Source: Phoronis australis
Lineage: Eukaryota; Animalia; Phoronida
Reading direction: 5' to 3'
Length of the DNA: 64,000 nucleotides
NCBI GenBank assembly: GCA_002633005.1
Contig: NMRA01000734.1
Coordinates: forward strand, 110,294 to 174,293
Shown here: one piece after another, positions 49,560-62,070 of the stretch
How positions within the stretch are numbered: position 1 is the first letter of the stretch
Layout of the letters: the number at the start of each line of letters is the position of its first letter
Program-made: the position numbers and the translations under genes
Notes under the pieces: model-generated
What the model saw: the letters and a program-made list of their open reading frames with translations, nothing else
Told to the model about the DNA's origin: nothing
The model's database searches: none

Positions 49560-49790
49560 CAAACTTGTTATGCAGATTTTTTCAGAGCAAGTTTATTCAG
49601 ACTTTCAAGAAGACAATTTTCAGGGAAAGGAAAATTGTATTTTTCAGGAGCGCACCACCGTGAATTGCGCGTTTGTTAGTGGACTTTTGTCTCACTTTCT
49701 CGGACTTATTGTTTCTCAGAGGCGGACCTTTTTGCCCACTTCGCCAAATGGGGGGCTCGTTCGATACCCCCGAGACCCCCCTGGGTGCGC
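49560..49790. repeat. Interspersed repeat family D
   Basis: ccccatttggcga..gggcaaaa.ggtcc..aaaagtccgag shared with ~7165-7345 and ~63845-63995. Confidence 0.7.
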
Positions 49791-52247
49791 GCATGAAGAA
49801 TAGTGTCTCCTTTGAAGATCGTTATTGACAAAGCAGTGGTGACTGAAAGGGAGCTGTTCGTAGGAAACTCGCTTTGGCTGTCAGGAAAACGACATTTTGG
49901 CGTCCGTGTGCCTAATGTTGATTTGCTGGTAACCGTAATCAAGAGTTTCGGCGATTTTCGAAATACAAGTTCAGAATGAACCAGAATTAATGTTATCACG
50001 TGAGATCCCCGTCTCCTGTATATGCACAGTGCATATCTGCGCGTCTTGATCACTTCGAGAATAACCTAGGAATTGGATAATGTGAACTATCGATCTGAAA
50101 AGAAAACTTAAAGCTTACAGTCGACAGTTAAAACGGCCTTTCATCTCAAAGCCCATTTTTAATCAAGAACCACTCACCATTATGAAAGTGGTCCCAAATT
50201 GTTACTTGGTTAAATTGGAGGTAATTTTAAGGCTTCGAATAGTTCAGACCGCAATGTAATCAGAATATTAATGAGTTTGGCCTGTAGAATTAACAAACTG
50301 CCAACTTTCCGGAGCTCAGGAATCCCTTCTGAACTGTGTAAGGGACAAGATTGGCCCAATTTCAAAACAGTTAGTGACAAACATGTATCAAAACTCTCCG
50401 TTTACAAAAAGAGAACGTGGTACAAGCATCTGACCACAAGAACACTTAAAGAGCTCCCTCACGAGAAAAAATTGTCTCTTGGCGAAAAGACTCGCCAGAA
50501 ATCCCAAAGGTACCCACAAAACCGAGCTATCTCAAACATTCGAGGTACCACAAAAACTGCTGCCCACAGTACATGCCACTAGTCACTAAATGGCCTATTC
50601 CAGACAAAACTTTGAGTTGGGCCTACCATATAAACCCCTCCAATATCTTACTGATTGTTGATGAAAGTTTGCCGAGCTAGAGAAGAAAAGGTGGGGTACC
50701 GGCCAAAACTGATGGACAATAGTGGCACAGTGATCTCCGAATGAACCTCGACAGAAAAAAACAGCCTTTCAGCCTGAAAAAAACAAAACTACTTCTAGCA
50801 TTCCAGGTAACAGATAAAAACTCACGAGATTCAGTTCATGTAACTAACACAAATGGCATACTACAGAAAAACCACTTTGGAAAAATGCCCCCTCAACAAC
50901 GGAATACTATTGGAATTATGAGCTATGAGCACCGGACAAAATTGATTTAAAATGAAAAAAACTTGCCACATTGATCACAGACAAATAACATATGACAGAA
51001 AATTTCAGTCTAGAAAAGACCCGCAATAGACTAAAAAGGACCTCTCAAAAGTGGGTTTGGTCAAACATTTGAAGTACAACTGAAAAATAAATTCCATGTG
51101 ATTCAATGGTTATCTCTTCCTGATGTCACTTAAGTGGCCGCCACTAAATTGGTTGGGTCAGAAAAACAGACTAGGTGGGCTCGGCAGACCTCCAAAAAAT
51201 CTCACCTACAGAATGAGGTTTAAAATTTGAGCTAAATTTGATAAACGAAGTAACGTTTAAATGTACCTCTGCATTACACAAGGCAAGGAGTACCGGGCCG
51301 GGTAATGCAAACTGCATTGTGACGTTACTTGCCATAACCAGAAATTATGCCTGAGTGCTAAATTGACAACTTACTGCAGCAGGCGAAGTTCACAGGATTC
51401 TCAAATTATGCCAGCCTATCCAGTCACACCTGCCTCTGTGTGATTCTAATCTACAAAAGGAGGCTTACAGCAATGTCACTTAACGTTGAAGTGGTTGAAA
51501 TCCCCCGGAGGGGGAAAGGGGCGCCACTATACGACAAAACGTGAAATTATATTATGGGGTTTAGAATAATGAAAATATAGCCATACCCACGAATCGTTTT
51601 CGTAAAACGTACTTTCTTTTCAAATTGATGTTCAATCGATGCAACATTCAATGCTAACTTGTTTGATCGTTTCATTGCAGTCAGATTCTTCACATGTAGA
51701 TTCATTTGCCTCGTCTACTCCTCCGTCCATTTATCGAGCGCCTGGATTTAATCTTCTTTGGAAATAAAAGGACATCTGGTACGGCAGATCCAAAAAAAAA
51801 ACCAGTCGAGAACTCACGGTCCTGGGACTTCCACACGTATCCAACGAAAGTTTCTGATAGTCAGGGAAGGCGAGAAACACAGACTAAAATCTTGTTGTGG
51901 TGCATGTTTTGAACCTTTGTTTTGACAAGTATAAACACGTCGTCACGAACTGATGAAATGTATATTCCGTTTCCAAAGATATTCGAACATGCGAAATACG
52001 TACTTATAGGACGGCAAGAAAACCAGTTCATGTAAATAATGAATTTTTTTGTGAAATTTGGAAACACTTTCATTTGCAAAACCGGGTTTGAACTGATAAC
52101 GTTCAAATTTAATTTTATATTTTCATCCATTTGGCATTTTTCTCCACATGAATAAGCTTAAAACCCCCTATAATGCTTTATTTTTTTGCATTCTACTGAA
52201 TAAGTAACAAAATTCCAGTTTCACCTAATTTTGACACTAGAGAAAGA

Positions 52248-55200
52248 TAGTCGATGGGCCAGATCTCATAGCGTCCACCCTTGTGAGTACTTTGGGGGGG
52301 GGCAAACCTAGTTTTTTCTATGTGGCTAGATAATATACCTATAAATCAAATTCCAAAAAGTTCCCACGTTTTCACTTGCACATTTTTTTGAAAAAAAGTG
52401 TTTTTTGTTGCACGAAATATTATGCACATTCCTGCCACTTGGTGGCGCTTTTCAATTGAATTGACCAATCAGAGAGCCAGACTGTATTGTTGTGATTAGA
52501 TACTTCAATATGACTGCTCCCATGGAGTGTGATGCCTGTATAATTCAAGGTTTATCAAACAGCACAAAATTGTGATGCCAGAACACGAAGAAGCTTAGAG
52601 AAGCGTACTGATGAAAGCTGATGGACTGTGGAACTCTGTAGATCAGTAGATCAAAAAGAAGAAGAGGTGACACAAACATTTGTGCAGAAAACTGCTGCAT
52701 GTCCTGCTATAGCCTAGTAAACAGTGTCAGTATCCTGCTATAGAAGACCAAGTGTCAGACCAAAAATTGAAGGGACATATGAAGGCATAGCAACGTTTCA
52801 ACACACTAGCAGTAGTACTAAAGCTGAAGCTGCTGAAAATGATACAGATGTTACCCAAAATTTCCCAAGAAAATCAATTAGACCAAAATTTGAAACACCC
52901 AATTAACCTGAATAAGATAGGAACATTCTGAAACATGAGTGCATCATTTGTTAGCAGGAAAAGTATATTATGGCCCACATTTCAAGAAAGCGAAAGAAGT
53001 AACAACTTTATAACTTTGATAAACAGGTACGTGTTTTTAAAAGGTACATCTTGGTGTTTTCCATGTGTGTTTCAGTATTATCACCAGTTGTTTTTTTAAC
53101 TTGTCCAGCCCCTTTCCTGCCTAGGCCTTAGACAATACCGCTGACCCAGTAGAGACAGTGATCATACCATAGGTACTCCATATGCCGGATGCTTTTCGGC
53201 AAATTATGCATCACACTGGTTAAACCATAAGTCATGTTGCTATATGTTTAGAAGTACCGCGTAGAGAGATGCCTCTGAGGAGGCCGTTAATGTTTTCATT
53301 TGTTCCCAGTTTTAACAAATACTCCTGCAATCCTGTTTTTCGAGCACTCCATTGTTCAGTTGCCACATCGACACTGCTTGCACCAGGGGATCATCATATG
53401 GCGTTATACTGTGAGTGTGATTTTAAAGCACTTTAAGCCAAAATTTTTTGAGATGGTTGCAATCAACATGACCAAGTGGCCGTCATCCCCTGCCGTAATC
53501 CTGGGGTAGGGGGAACCTCTTCTCAATTTTTTTGTAAACATTAATTACTTAGGTAGCTGCAATGGTAATTAAATTAAAGTGCCTAAGTGGCCAGTGGAAG
53601 CCACTGTCCATTTCGTCAAATGTTGGTTACCTTAAGTATAAATTGATTGACTATGGTATGAGCATCTGATTTAAAAAAAATTAATTTCAATCACTGCACT
53701 GGTATATCAGCTGATTTATTTTCAGTTGCATCAACTAATCTAATTATTAGACGATCAACATTTTTAGGTGACAGATCAGACGACATGTAAATTTGTTAGG
53801 CTGGTGGTGGATCAGTTCCTGAAGTCCGTCTGAAAAATTTGCATACCAACTCACTCATAGTTAAATGTTAAATTTGTGTTAACAGTTCAGTTTTTTTCAG
53901 TTGGACTTGTATCGTAAGCAACAGCTCAGGCCTGGGCCCTGAATATGCAAATAAAATTCAAAGACAAAGATCTTGTGTCTTAGAAGCCAAGTACCACATA
54001 TCATCATGCTATAAATACATGGTGAAATAGCTTGCAGTCGTGCCAGCTGAATCTGAGATTGCGTGAAAAGGGTGCTTCTGTGAGAGGAAGTAAGCACGCC
54101 ATTATACAAAGGTAAGGTTTGTTATTATTTTAACGATCATTCCATGTTTAGTCTACTGATGCCTGTTAACTGAGGTACTCGCCGATGTCGACTTCGCGGC
54201 AGGCGCCAGTCTTTGTTGTGATGTGTGTTACGATACTTGACGTAGCACCCGGTATCTTTTCGTACATCAAAGAAGCATTATGGTCTGGAATGATTTCTGA
54301 GAGGTTTATCACTGACAATTACATCAATTAATGCTGAATGTTTACGCTGTCAACTCGATATTGGACAGTGAGTTAAGATTACAATACAAGCCCAATGGCA
54401 AAGGGTACGTGACAAATATCCATTAGACTATTTCGGTATTTGTTTACTCCCTATATCCCATGTCTTCCGGAAAACTATAACACCTTGAAATGGAATCTAT
54501 CATGTCTGTTTTCCCGTGACCTTTGGTTTTTAGGTTTGAGGGCTTGTACAGTACCGAGGAGATATCTATGCATCGCTTCTGCACCGTCCCTGAATGGACA
54601 AAAATTGGTTTTAAGCATATGACTGCAGCTAACCAGCAAGATCTTCCCATCCAGTGCAGATCTGTTGCCAAAGCCTACTTTCTTTTTTGGAGACAACGAA
54701 CAAAGCCTTTGAAAAAGAACAGCTATTTTTAAAGAAAGGTACATAAGTCATTTTGTTAATTTACTCATTCAGGTCCTTAGCGGGGGATTGGCATAGGGGG
54801 TTGGGGTTGTAATATTTGGTGCAACTAAATGTGTGGAAATAACAGATAATACATGTTTGGGGAAAGAGCATGGTGAGGTAATTCTTAACCTTCATGAAGT
54901 TCCTTCAAGTTTTATTTCATGAAACTGTTTTGCTATCAATCGTAAACCCATAAAAATATCTTATATTTCTCAGTGACTGAATAGTCTTAACTCNNNNNAT
55001 TTGGCAGTACGGGGGTGCGAATGTCTGATGGGCAAAATCCTGGCTAATACTCTGCCCTGGCCCCCCAACTCAAAATCCTGGATCCGCCCCTGCAGAAATG
55101 TTGCCATTTTTGTGAAAATTGCATTTTTGATGGTGCCTTACGACTTGCAATTACTCTTAAACAACAGAAAAATTATCCACCATGTTTTAAATGACCCAAG

Positions 55201-58200
55201 TCTTCATATCTTCTATTAGACGAAATATAAAAAGTCTGAGATATGGTTCCCTCAGCCTTAGACTAGAAGTATGCTTGACAGACCCATGGTTCTGTGATCG
55301 GAGGTTAAAATTGCTGAAAGTATCAAAAATAAAAAGGCTTGAAATGGGTAACAAAGGTTTGAAATTGTTTAAAAAAACTTGCATATTTTGCAGACAAATG
55401 ATGCGTTTAAAAAATTGTTATGGCTACGAATGAAAAATAAAGATGCTGTTTTATACAATACTTATAATATACACCCTTGCTTTCTGAAAATAGTAATTAT
55501 TTAACTTTGTGTGAAATTGTAGAGCAGTCACCGTATCATATTTTTGAAAAACAGGGGTAGCATTTTTGACCCAGCCTGGAGTGCTTAATTATTCATATTT
55601 CAATATTTGTTCCAGGTTCAGTGACATTTTAAGGCCCCTTCAAGCCGCAACATAGACAAGCTTTGTTACTCTTTTCTCTTCCCACAGCATTTCCACACAC
55701 TGGCAGTACTGCATGGCACAATGTACAAGTCAGTGGCCCAGGCTGATGAAATGTGAATCGCAGTACTAAGTTACCGTAACACAGTGTGCCAGTGGATTGT
55801 TTCTTGTATGAAGAGGAACTGCATCTGACTGCTACACTAGTCAGCCCCGTTGGTGAGGATGGCCTTTCATAGGCAATAAGTCATGTGAGGACAATAGCTT
55901 ATTTCCTTTCCTGAGAGAAACATGAGGGACTGAAGCTAAAGAAGACCTAGTGACATTCTGGTCTAGTTCAGGGTCAGATTTTGGGCACAAAATGAGTCAA
56001 GTGATATGCTGTTGTGTGTACCTTCAATGATCTAATTGTGGATGTTATTGCGAATGAATGAGGTAACATGAAGGAAAGCCACTTGCCGAAACTGGACCTC
56101 TTTTACAAGCGTTTCTATAGGCCATTGAAACTAGATCACAGTGAAATGAAAAACAAAAGCATCTGGTATGAATACATGTCCTTTCTCACTGAGTGACATT
56201 AACTTTTCCTTTCAGAGGAAAGGCTTCATACTAATGGTAAAAACTTTTCAATTTGGTACACATTATGGGGAAATGACATTTAGTGACTGCATCGATTGTC
56301 TTATTGTGTGTTTTCAATACTAGCTAGCTGGATAAGAATCTGCTATGCACAAGATTCGAGAATAAACAATTATCAGTGTATTTAAAAACAAAATGGCAAA
56401 CTGAAAAAGCACATACATACAAAGAAACAACATTGATAAAAAGAATTGTAATTTTCCCAATGCAACGGAGTCCATAACCAGGCATATCAAGTACTGAACT
56501 TCTGAATTAGGTTCAATTCTCTCAGGTTATTGCTGAAGGATTGCTTTTCACTTTGTCCAATTAAAAATAGACGCTCAGGCGGCTGGTTTCAGTCGTTTTC
56601 TCTCACCTGTAACAGAATAGTAAGAGAAATATTAGCAAATTATAAAAGAAAACACAAGACAAAACTACTTTTGTAAGGCAGAACATACTTGACGTTTCAT
56701 TTTATTTATATGTAGAAACTAATAATCTTTGTACCCAAGTCTTATTTAAGATCTGAATTAAAATATATGAAACAGGCTAAAAGTGATTTAACAATGTGTA
56801 TTTTTCATGACACCTAAAATGCGCTTCTGGTCTTAAGTTAAATTCATTGTAGGTGTCAATTTTTATTCCACTGGAATGTTATGATTTTTACTGAATAGCT
56901 TATTCATGTGGTAATCCGGTAACTAATCTGGTAGTCCTTGGGGGTGGGGTCTGCTATAAAATAAGGAAACTCACTCATCTAGAGACTTTTATTGGACATA
57001 GCATAGTTTTGAAGAGAAACTGCTGTGAAAAAGTCACCCTTGACTTCTGAGCGTCACGTACCACACACCTCTTATATTGGACGCACTCCCAACCAGGAGA
57101 ATATGTGAATTATGTGCTGCTAGCCTACCCGGCATCCGAGTCCCGGGTGAGTTTCCGAAAAGAAACACTTAGTTCCACTCAATAAACCCGTTATTCAGTG
57201 GGGTAACTGATGGGGATAACATCACCGAACGATGTCGATAGAAGTTGATTGTTAAAAACTTACCAAGTAACGTTATGTGGCCTACCAGTGGAAATGCATA
57301 GAGCACACACTGGGCTTCGGCACACACACACTTTTTGTCAGTTGGTTGACACTTTTGACGGCAATTCTCCACGAATGTAGTAATCGTGGGTCTTTTGGGA
57401 ATTTCTGACCACCTGTCGAAGACTTGCACCAGGGAAAAAGCAATAATAAGGCTTAGCGCGATGACGTATTTTGATAACAATTCCGTCTTTTTACCATCTG
57501 TTTACAAGCACACAGCTACGCATGCGCAATTCAATCACCACTAGTACAGCAGAGACACCGCGAGGAGAATTCTCCGAATAGCCCCATTAACACAGCCCAT
57601 TATAACATATTTTGAATCAAATGTTTGCCCGGACTCAGTGTTTGACCCTTCATTGCATGCGGGCCAATCACCAGTGTGCAGTGCTGTACCCTCTATAATC
57701 AACCGCAGTTGGCTCATTGGTGGTGGAACTTTGCAGTTAAAATGTATGGCAACGCCCGCAGCTCCATTGACAGTACTAAATGATGAACGCTGCAAGTGCA
57801 AAAAGAACATTTGTTCTGGGAAACTGAGTTTGTGCTGCAATGCTGGGTCAAACTGTACAGAAACCTGCAGCTGTGACAACTGTAGTAACATCAGCAACAC
57901 TGACTGCATAACATTGGATAGTTCTTCGACAAGTCAACTCCAAATAGACCTCCAACCCCATTATATTCTGTTTTTTGTATTAAAAGTGAATTTCATTTTT
58001 TGATTAAGTCACAGAAATTACATACTTTGATCACTGTCATGTATTTGTCTCATACTGCTTGCTAAACGCTGTCAGAATAATCTGTTATTTTCATACAGTC
58101 TGTACACATTCACAGAGATCATTCAACTATATTGTTTTTGTACGATTTATTTATTTGTTTATTATTGTGATATTTAAAATGAGGGTGGCCTCTTCAGTGA

Positions 58201-58866
58201 TAGCACTGCTTTCCAAGAGGGCCCTCAACAAGAAAAACAGTAATATAATACAATGAAGTAATAAAACAACAATGAAATATACGTAACAAAGATACAATTG
58301 AAACAGGTTGAGAATTAAGACAAGAACGAAATCACAAATAATGGTATAACGTATTCCTGGTGTATTTTGCAAACAAGCTATATTTTACACCATTAGTCAA
58401 TGGTTCAGTCATTGAGGCACGAATTTTGCCCAGACTCAAGTGTTTTGTGTTATTTTTGTTGCCTGGCAATGCCAGAATAAGGTCCTATAACATTCAAACT
58501 TAGTTTGCATTTCTGCCACTAGGCGTCACTTTACATTTTTCAAATTTCACTGTTTTCAATTAGTCTACAATAGTAGAGTGTATTATTGTTCAATACAATG
58601 ACATCGATGGGACCATATTACTTGTTTTACAAAAAAGATAGCAAAAACTGTTGTTTTTACAAATATAAGTTCTCTAAGCTCTATGGTGGTTATTATGCAA
58701 CTTCAAACTTAAATTTCTCAAAAATGCGCAACTTTATATGTGGGAACTTTTTAGATATTGAAAACACTCTAGTAAATGAATTACAAAACACCAAAATAAA
58801 ATTGTCACCTAAAGTACTCAGAAAAACCATTTTCTAGAAGCTCTGCAAATTCTGGCCCACCGCCTA
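52248..58866 (+). mobile_element. Decayed Academ-type DNA transposon with nested insertions
   Basis: Termini TAGTCGATGGGCCAGA / TCTGGCCCACCGCCTA, 3-bp TSD aga (52245-52247 / 58867-58869), inverted sub-terminal blocks tgagtacttt.gg and aaaaagttcccac. Coding scraps ECIIC (~52940), EAKYH..CY (~53985) and C-terminal Cys-rich W..L..M..PAAP...CKCKK..C....CC.....CTETCSCDNCSN (57700-57890). Confidence 0.75.
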
Positions 58867-59616
58867 AGAGAGAGGGGGTCATTTGACATCCAAGTAGGCC
58901 TACTCGAGACCTTGTTATAACATAGGTATCGCGTAGAGAAATTCTGACACAACGTTAAACAATATTTACCTGTCGCAACTCGCGCGTCGATCCGTGAACC
59001 AAAATAAATGTCAAATAGCTCACTTGCGAGTTTCTCGCTAGTCACTGTGACGTCACCGGAAAGGGGGCAAAACCCGCCATATTGCTCTTGTTTTGCCCCG
59101 AGTCTTTGCTACACACGCTAAAACTTACTGGAGTTCTTATGGTGAATTTTACGCTTAAAACGTTAAAACAATTTAAGATATGGTAGATGGGTCGTGGAAT
59201 AACTGTGAATAGACGAAGAAAATGTGAACTTGTTATGTTTTGCGAAGCTGTGAACGGACTGAAATTGGAACTTAACCCGCTCTAGGCCTGAATGGCGCAG
59301 GCATACAGGGGCGATAGTGTATCCCCATAAAAAGATATTCACTTCAAAATACAGTAAATAAAATCAAATGAAACATGCATATGTGCACATGAAGTTATAA
59401 TTAACACATACCCTGACTCTGGACACAATTTAGTCTACAAATAACTTGAGCATATTCATGAAAACCTCGCGGTTCTCTCGAGTTTCTCTCACTAGCCGCC
59501 ATTTTGAGGAAGTTACGTGAAATCACGCCTGTTGACGAACAAAAAGTCCAAGGGACACAAATCTTACAAATTTCACTTGATATTTTCTCATGCTATTTTG
59601 CAAGTGTCACGCGCCA

Positions 59617-59798
59617 GNNNNNNNNNNNNNNNNNNNNNNNNNNNNNNNNNNNNNNNNNNNNNNNNNNNNNNNNNNNNNNNNNNNNNNNNNNNNNNNNNNN
59701 NNNNNNNNNNNNNNNNNNNNNNNNNNNNNNNNNNNNNNNNNNNNNNNNNNNNNNNNNNNNNNNNNNNNNNNNNNNNNNNNNNNNNNNNNNNNNNNNNN
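59617..59798. other. Assembly gap (N run)
   Basis: About 180 N; flanking sequence has inverted motifs at ~59044-59073 and ~60066-60093. Confidence 0.99.
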
Positions 59799-60415
59799 GC
59801 CTTTTAGGTGCTAATTTTAGGTGTAGAATGTATTTTTGACGAGGTGAAAACTTTATCAGTGAGCGGATTTCGCCTACCGCCCGTTTAAAATACACGGGAC
59901 GAAATTAGTACAGAACGCGATAGAACGTATTGTAGTGCGAATCTGAAGTTCATTTGCCATAACAGCAATGCTTTTGGAATTTTTCGAACTAAACGGCTAA
60001 AAACTCGAAGACAATAACAGAATACACTCTGCTACCGTATTGGGCAAATGACCAAACGACAAGCTTTTGCCCCACTTCCCGTGACGTCACAGTTAAGTCT
60101 CACATAATCTCGCGTTATTGTTATAAACTCGCAAAAGGCCTATTGCGCAACGAATCCCCAGTAACCGTGATTCGGACACTGAGAACGGTTCATCTAAACG
60201 CAGTGAGCGCTTTAGTGTCAAATGGTACAGTCAGATATCGTCACCAATTCAAATGAAATGTTTCATTGTCCACGAGACGAAACCATGTCGTCTCGGCAAA
60301 TGGTGGGGTCAGACATTGTTACCAGTTCAAAGGAGATGTTTTCTTTTCCATGAGAGAGATTACCAAACGAGTTCTTTGCGTTATTCAGCTTCGTCGGCCA
60401 TTTTGTTGACACACT

Positions 60416-60531
60416 AGCCTCCCGTTCAGTAACGCTAGGACCTCGATAAAAAGCAAGACTTCGCGAGATTACGTGACTGGCTAGATTTTAGCTAGGTCGT
60501 AGCGTAGGTCCTAGCACTTGTGAACGCACAC
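60416..60531. mobile_element. MITE family C, copy 2
   Basis: Reverse complement of 35606-35764. Confidence 0.7.
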
Positions 60532-61593
60532 GCATTGAGAATTTGCGATTGCCATGTCCATTGAGTTTTAATCGAGGATTGCTGTTATCAGTCAAATCAA
60601 GCCGCCTAATTTCATTGCTTGCTTCGTTTTCATTTTGTTATTATTGTTCATCAAACGAGTGTTTTATTGTTACTGTTTTTTTACTATTATTATTGAAAGT
60701 GTGAGTTACATGTACTTTTAAAACCATGGGGTCAAACTTGTTTACATGTAATATTGATATTTACATGTACATGCTATGAACATTCCTACTAAATAAGATT
60801 GGTCCTAGCCCCAGTGGTTAAGGTAAACGGTGGGGTATGGAAAATTGAACTAGACCGTATTTATCCACCTTGGCTGAGTTGCACTCGGCTCACAATCAAA
60901 GGGATGCCGCCAAGCTGCTCTAGTCATCGAGTCACGAGCGAGGATAATTGGCTTCGCTCATGCGGATATGATCAGCTGATTACAATCTAGCTAGCAGACT
61001 GTACTTTTTATGAAGATAGTTTTACGTAGTTTTTACTGTAATATTTGAAAAGAGGAGCGAAAACAAATATGAGTACAACTTTGAATTTTTCAAATCGGCC
61101 CACAGCAACACTCACGATTACTTTCATTCGGCGCGCACTAATACAAAAATATAGGACCCAAGTTATTTAGATTTTGGAACACATGCATTGCAATATTCAA
61201 AATATGTACGTTTATTATGAATCTTACAAGCTGTAAAACGACGTTGTTAATTTCATTGTGTTCATTCATTGTCATCCGTCAAATCGGCAATTTCCGAGAT
61301 GTGATCTGCGGCGTGCGCGTATGTGTACAAAACACGTGATTGTTATGTCCCTGAAGTACGAAAATTAAGAAGGCCGTTATTATTGACAGGGACACGATAA
61401 AACGAATTTGGATTTTGACTATAGTCTTGATACAGCGAACTGGCTGACCACTGCGTCAGTGTCTCCGTTAGACCCAGAAATTTCACACAGTTCACCTCGT
61501 CCCCAACATGTAGATCGAGCCTTGGACTATTAATACTCCACGGCAGAGCTAACGACAGTCGGCCTGTGCACACAAACTCTGTGAGCTAACCAG

Positions 61594-61655
61594 CACTCAC
61601 CTTGCATGTTGCAGCCGTTTAAGTGAAAAACAATCTAGTAAACGCCATTTTCTTG
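61594..61655 (-). promoter_or_regulatory. Putative first exon on minus strand (YY1-type start + donor)
   Basis: Minus strand AAAATGGCG ... ATGCAAG|GTGAGT. Confidence 0.4.
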
Positions 61656-61714
61656 CATAATCATCCCCCTTTTGTAACAAAAAAGTCTGTCGTCGATGAA
61701 CGGCACATGCACGC

Positions 61715-62070
61715 TCTCTCACTCTCATACGCAGACGAACTTCAAAACAAACGTCACGTGACAACAACATGTGCGCTCATCCAGAGATTTTTCTCGTGTT
61801 GTGGGGTACGATGTAGCGCAGATTTGGACTTAATCGCAATTAATCTGGACTCCACATGAACTTTAAAAATTGTAAAACATAAGGAAGATTTCAGATAATT
61901 TGTTGAGTCGAACTATATTTTTATTCAAGAGTTCAAGTTTTCCTATTGACGATCGCGATTCCGGCAGCAACGCATCAGTCGGCAAGTTTTCGCCCTGTGC
62001 ACAATTTTTTGAAAAATTATTGTAATTTAACAACGGAAGTTGATAGCAATGCACCACAATTTTGTAGAAA
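61715..62070. repeat. Interspersed repeat family B, copy 2
   Basis: Colinear with 31189-31565. Confidence 0.8.

Noticed and set aside
50100-51300. Possible decayed retroelement coding sequence
   Set aside because: A-rich and coding-like, but no diagnostic motif could be read.
57638-58003. Host tesmin/CXC gene
   Set aside because: Lies inside Academ-type termini and matches the transposon C-terminal Cys cluster.
59504-59895. ORFs across the N run
   Set aside because: Artefacts of the assembly gap.
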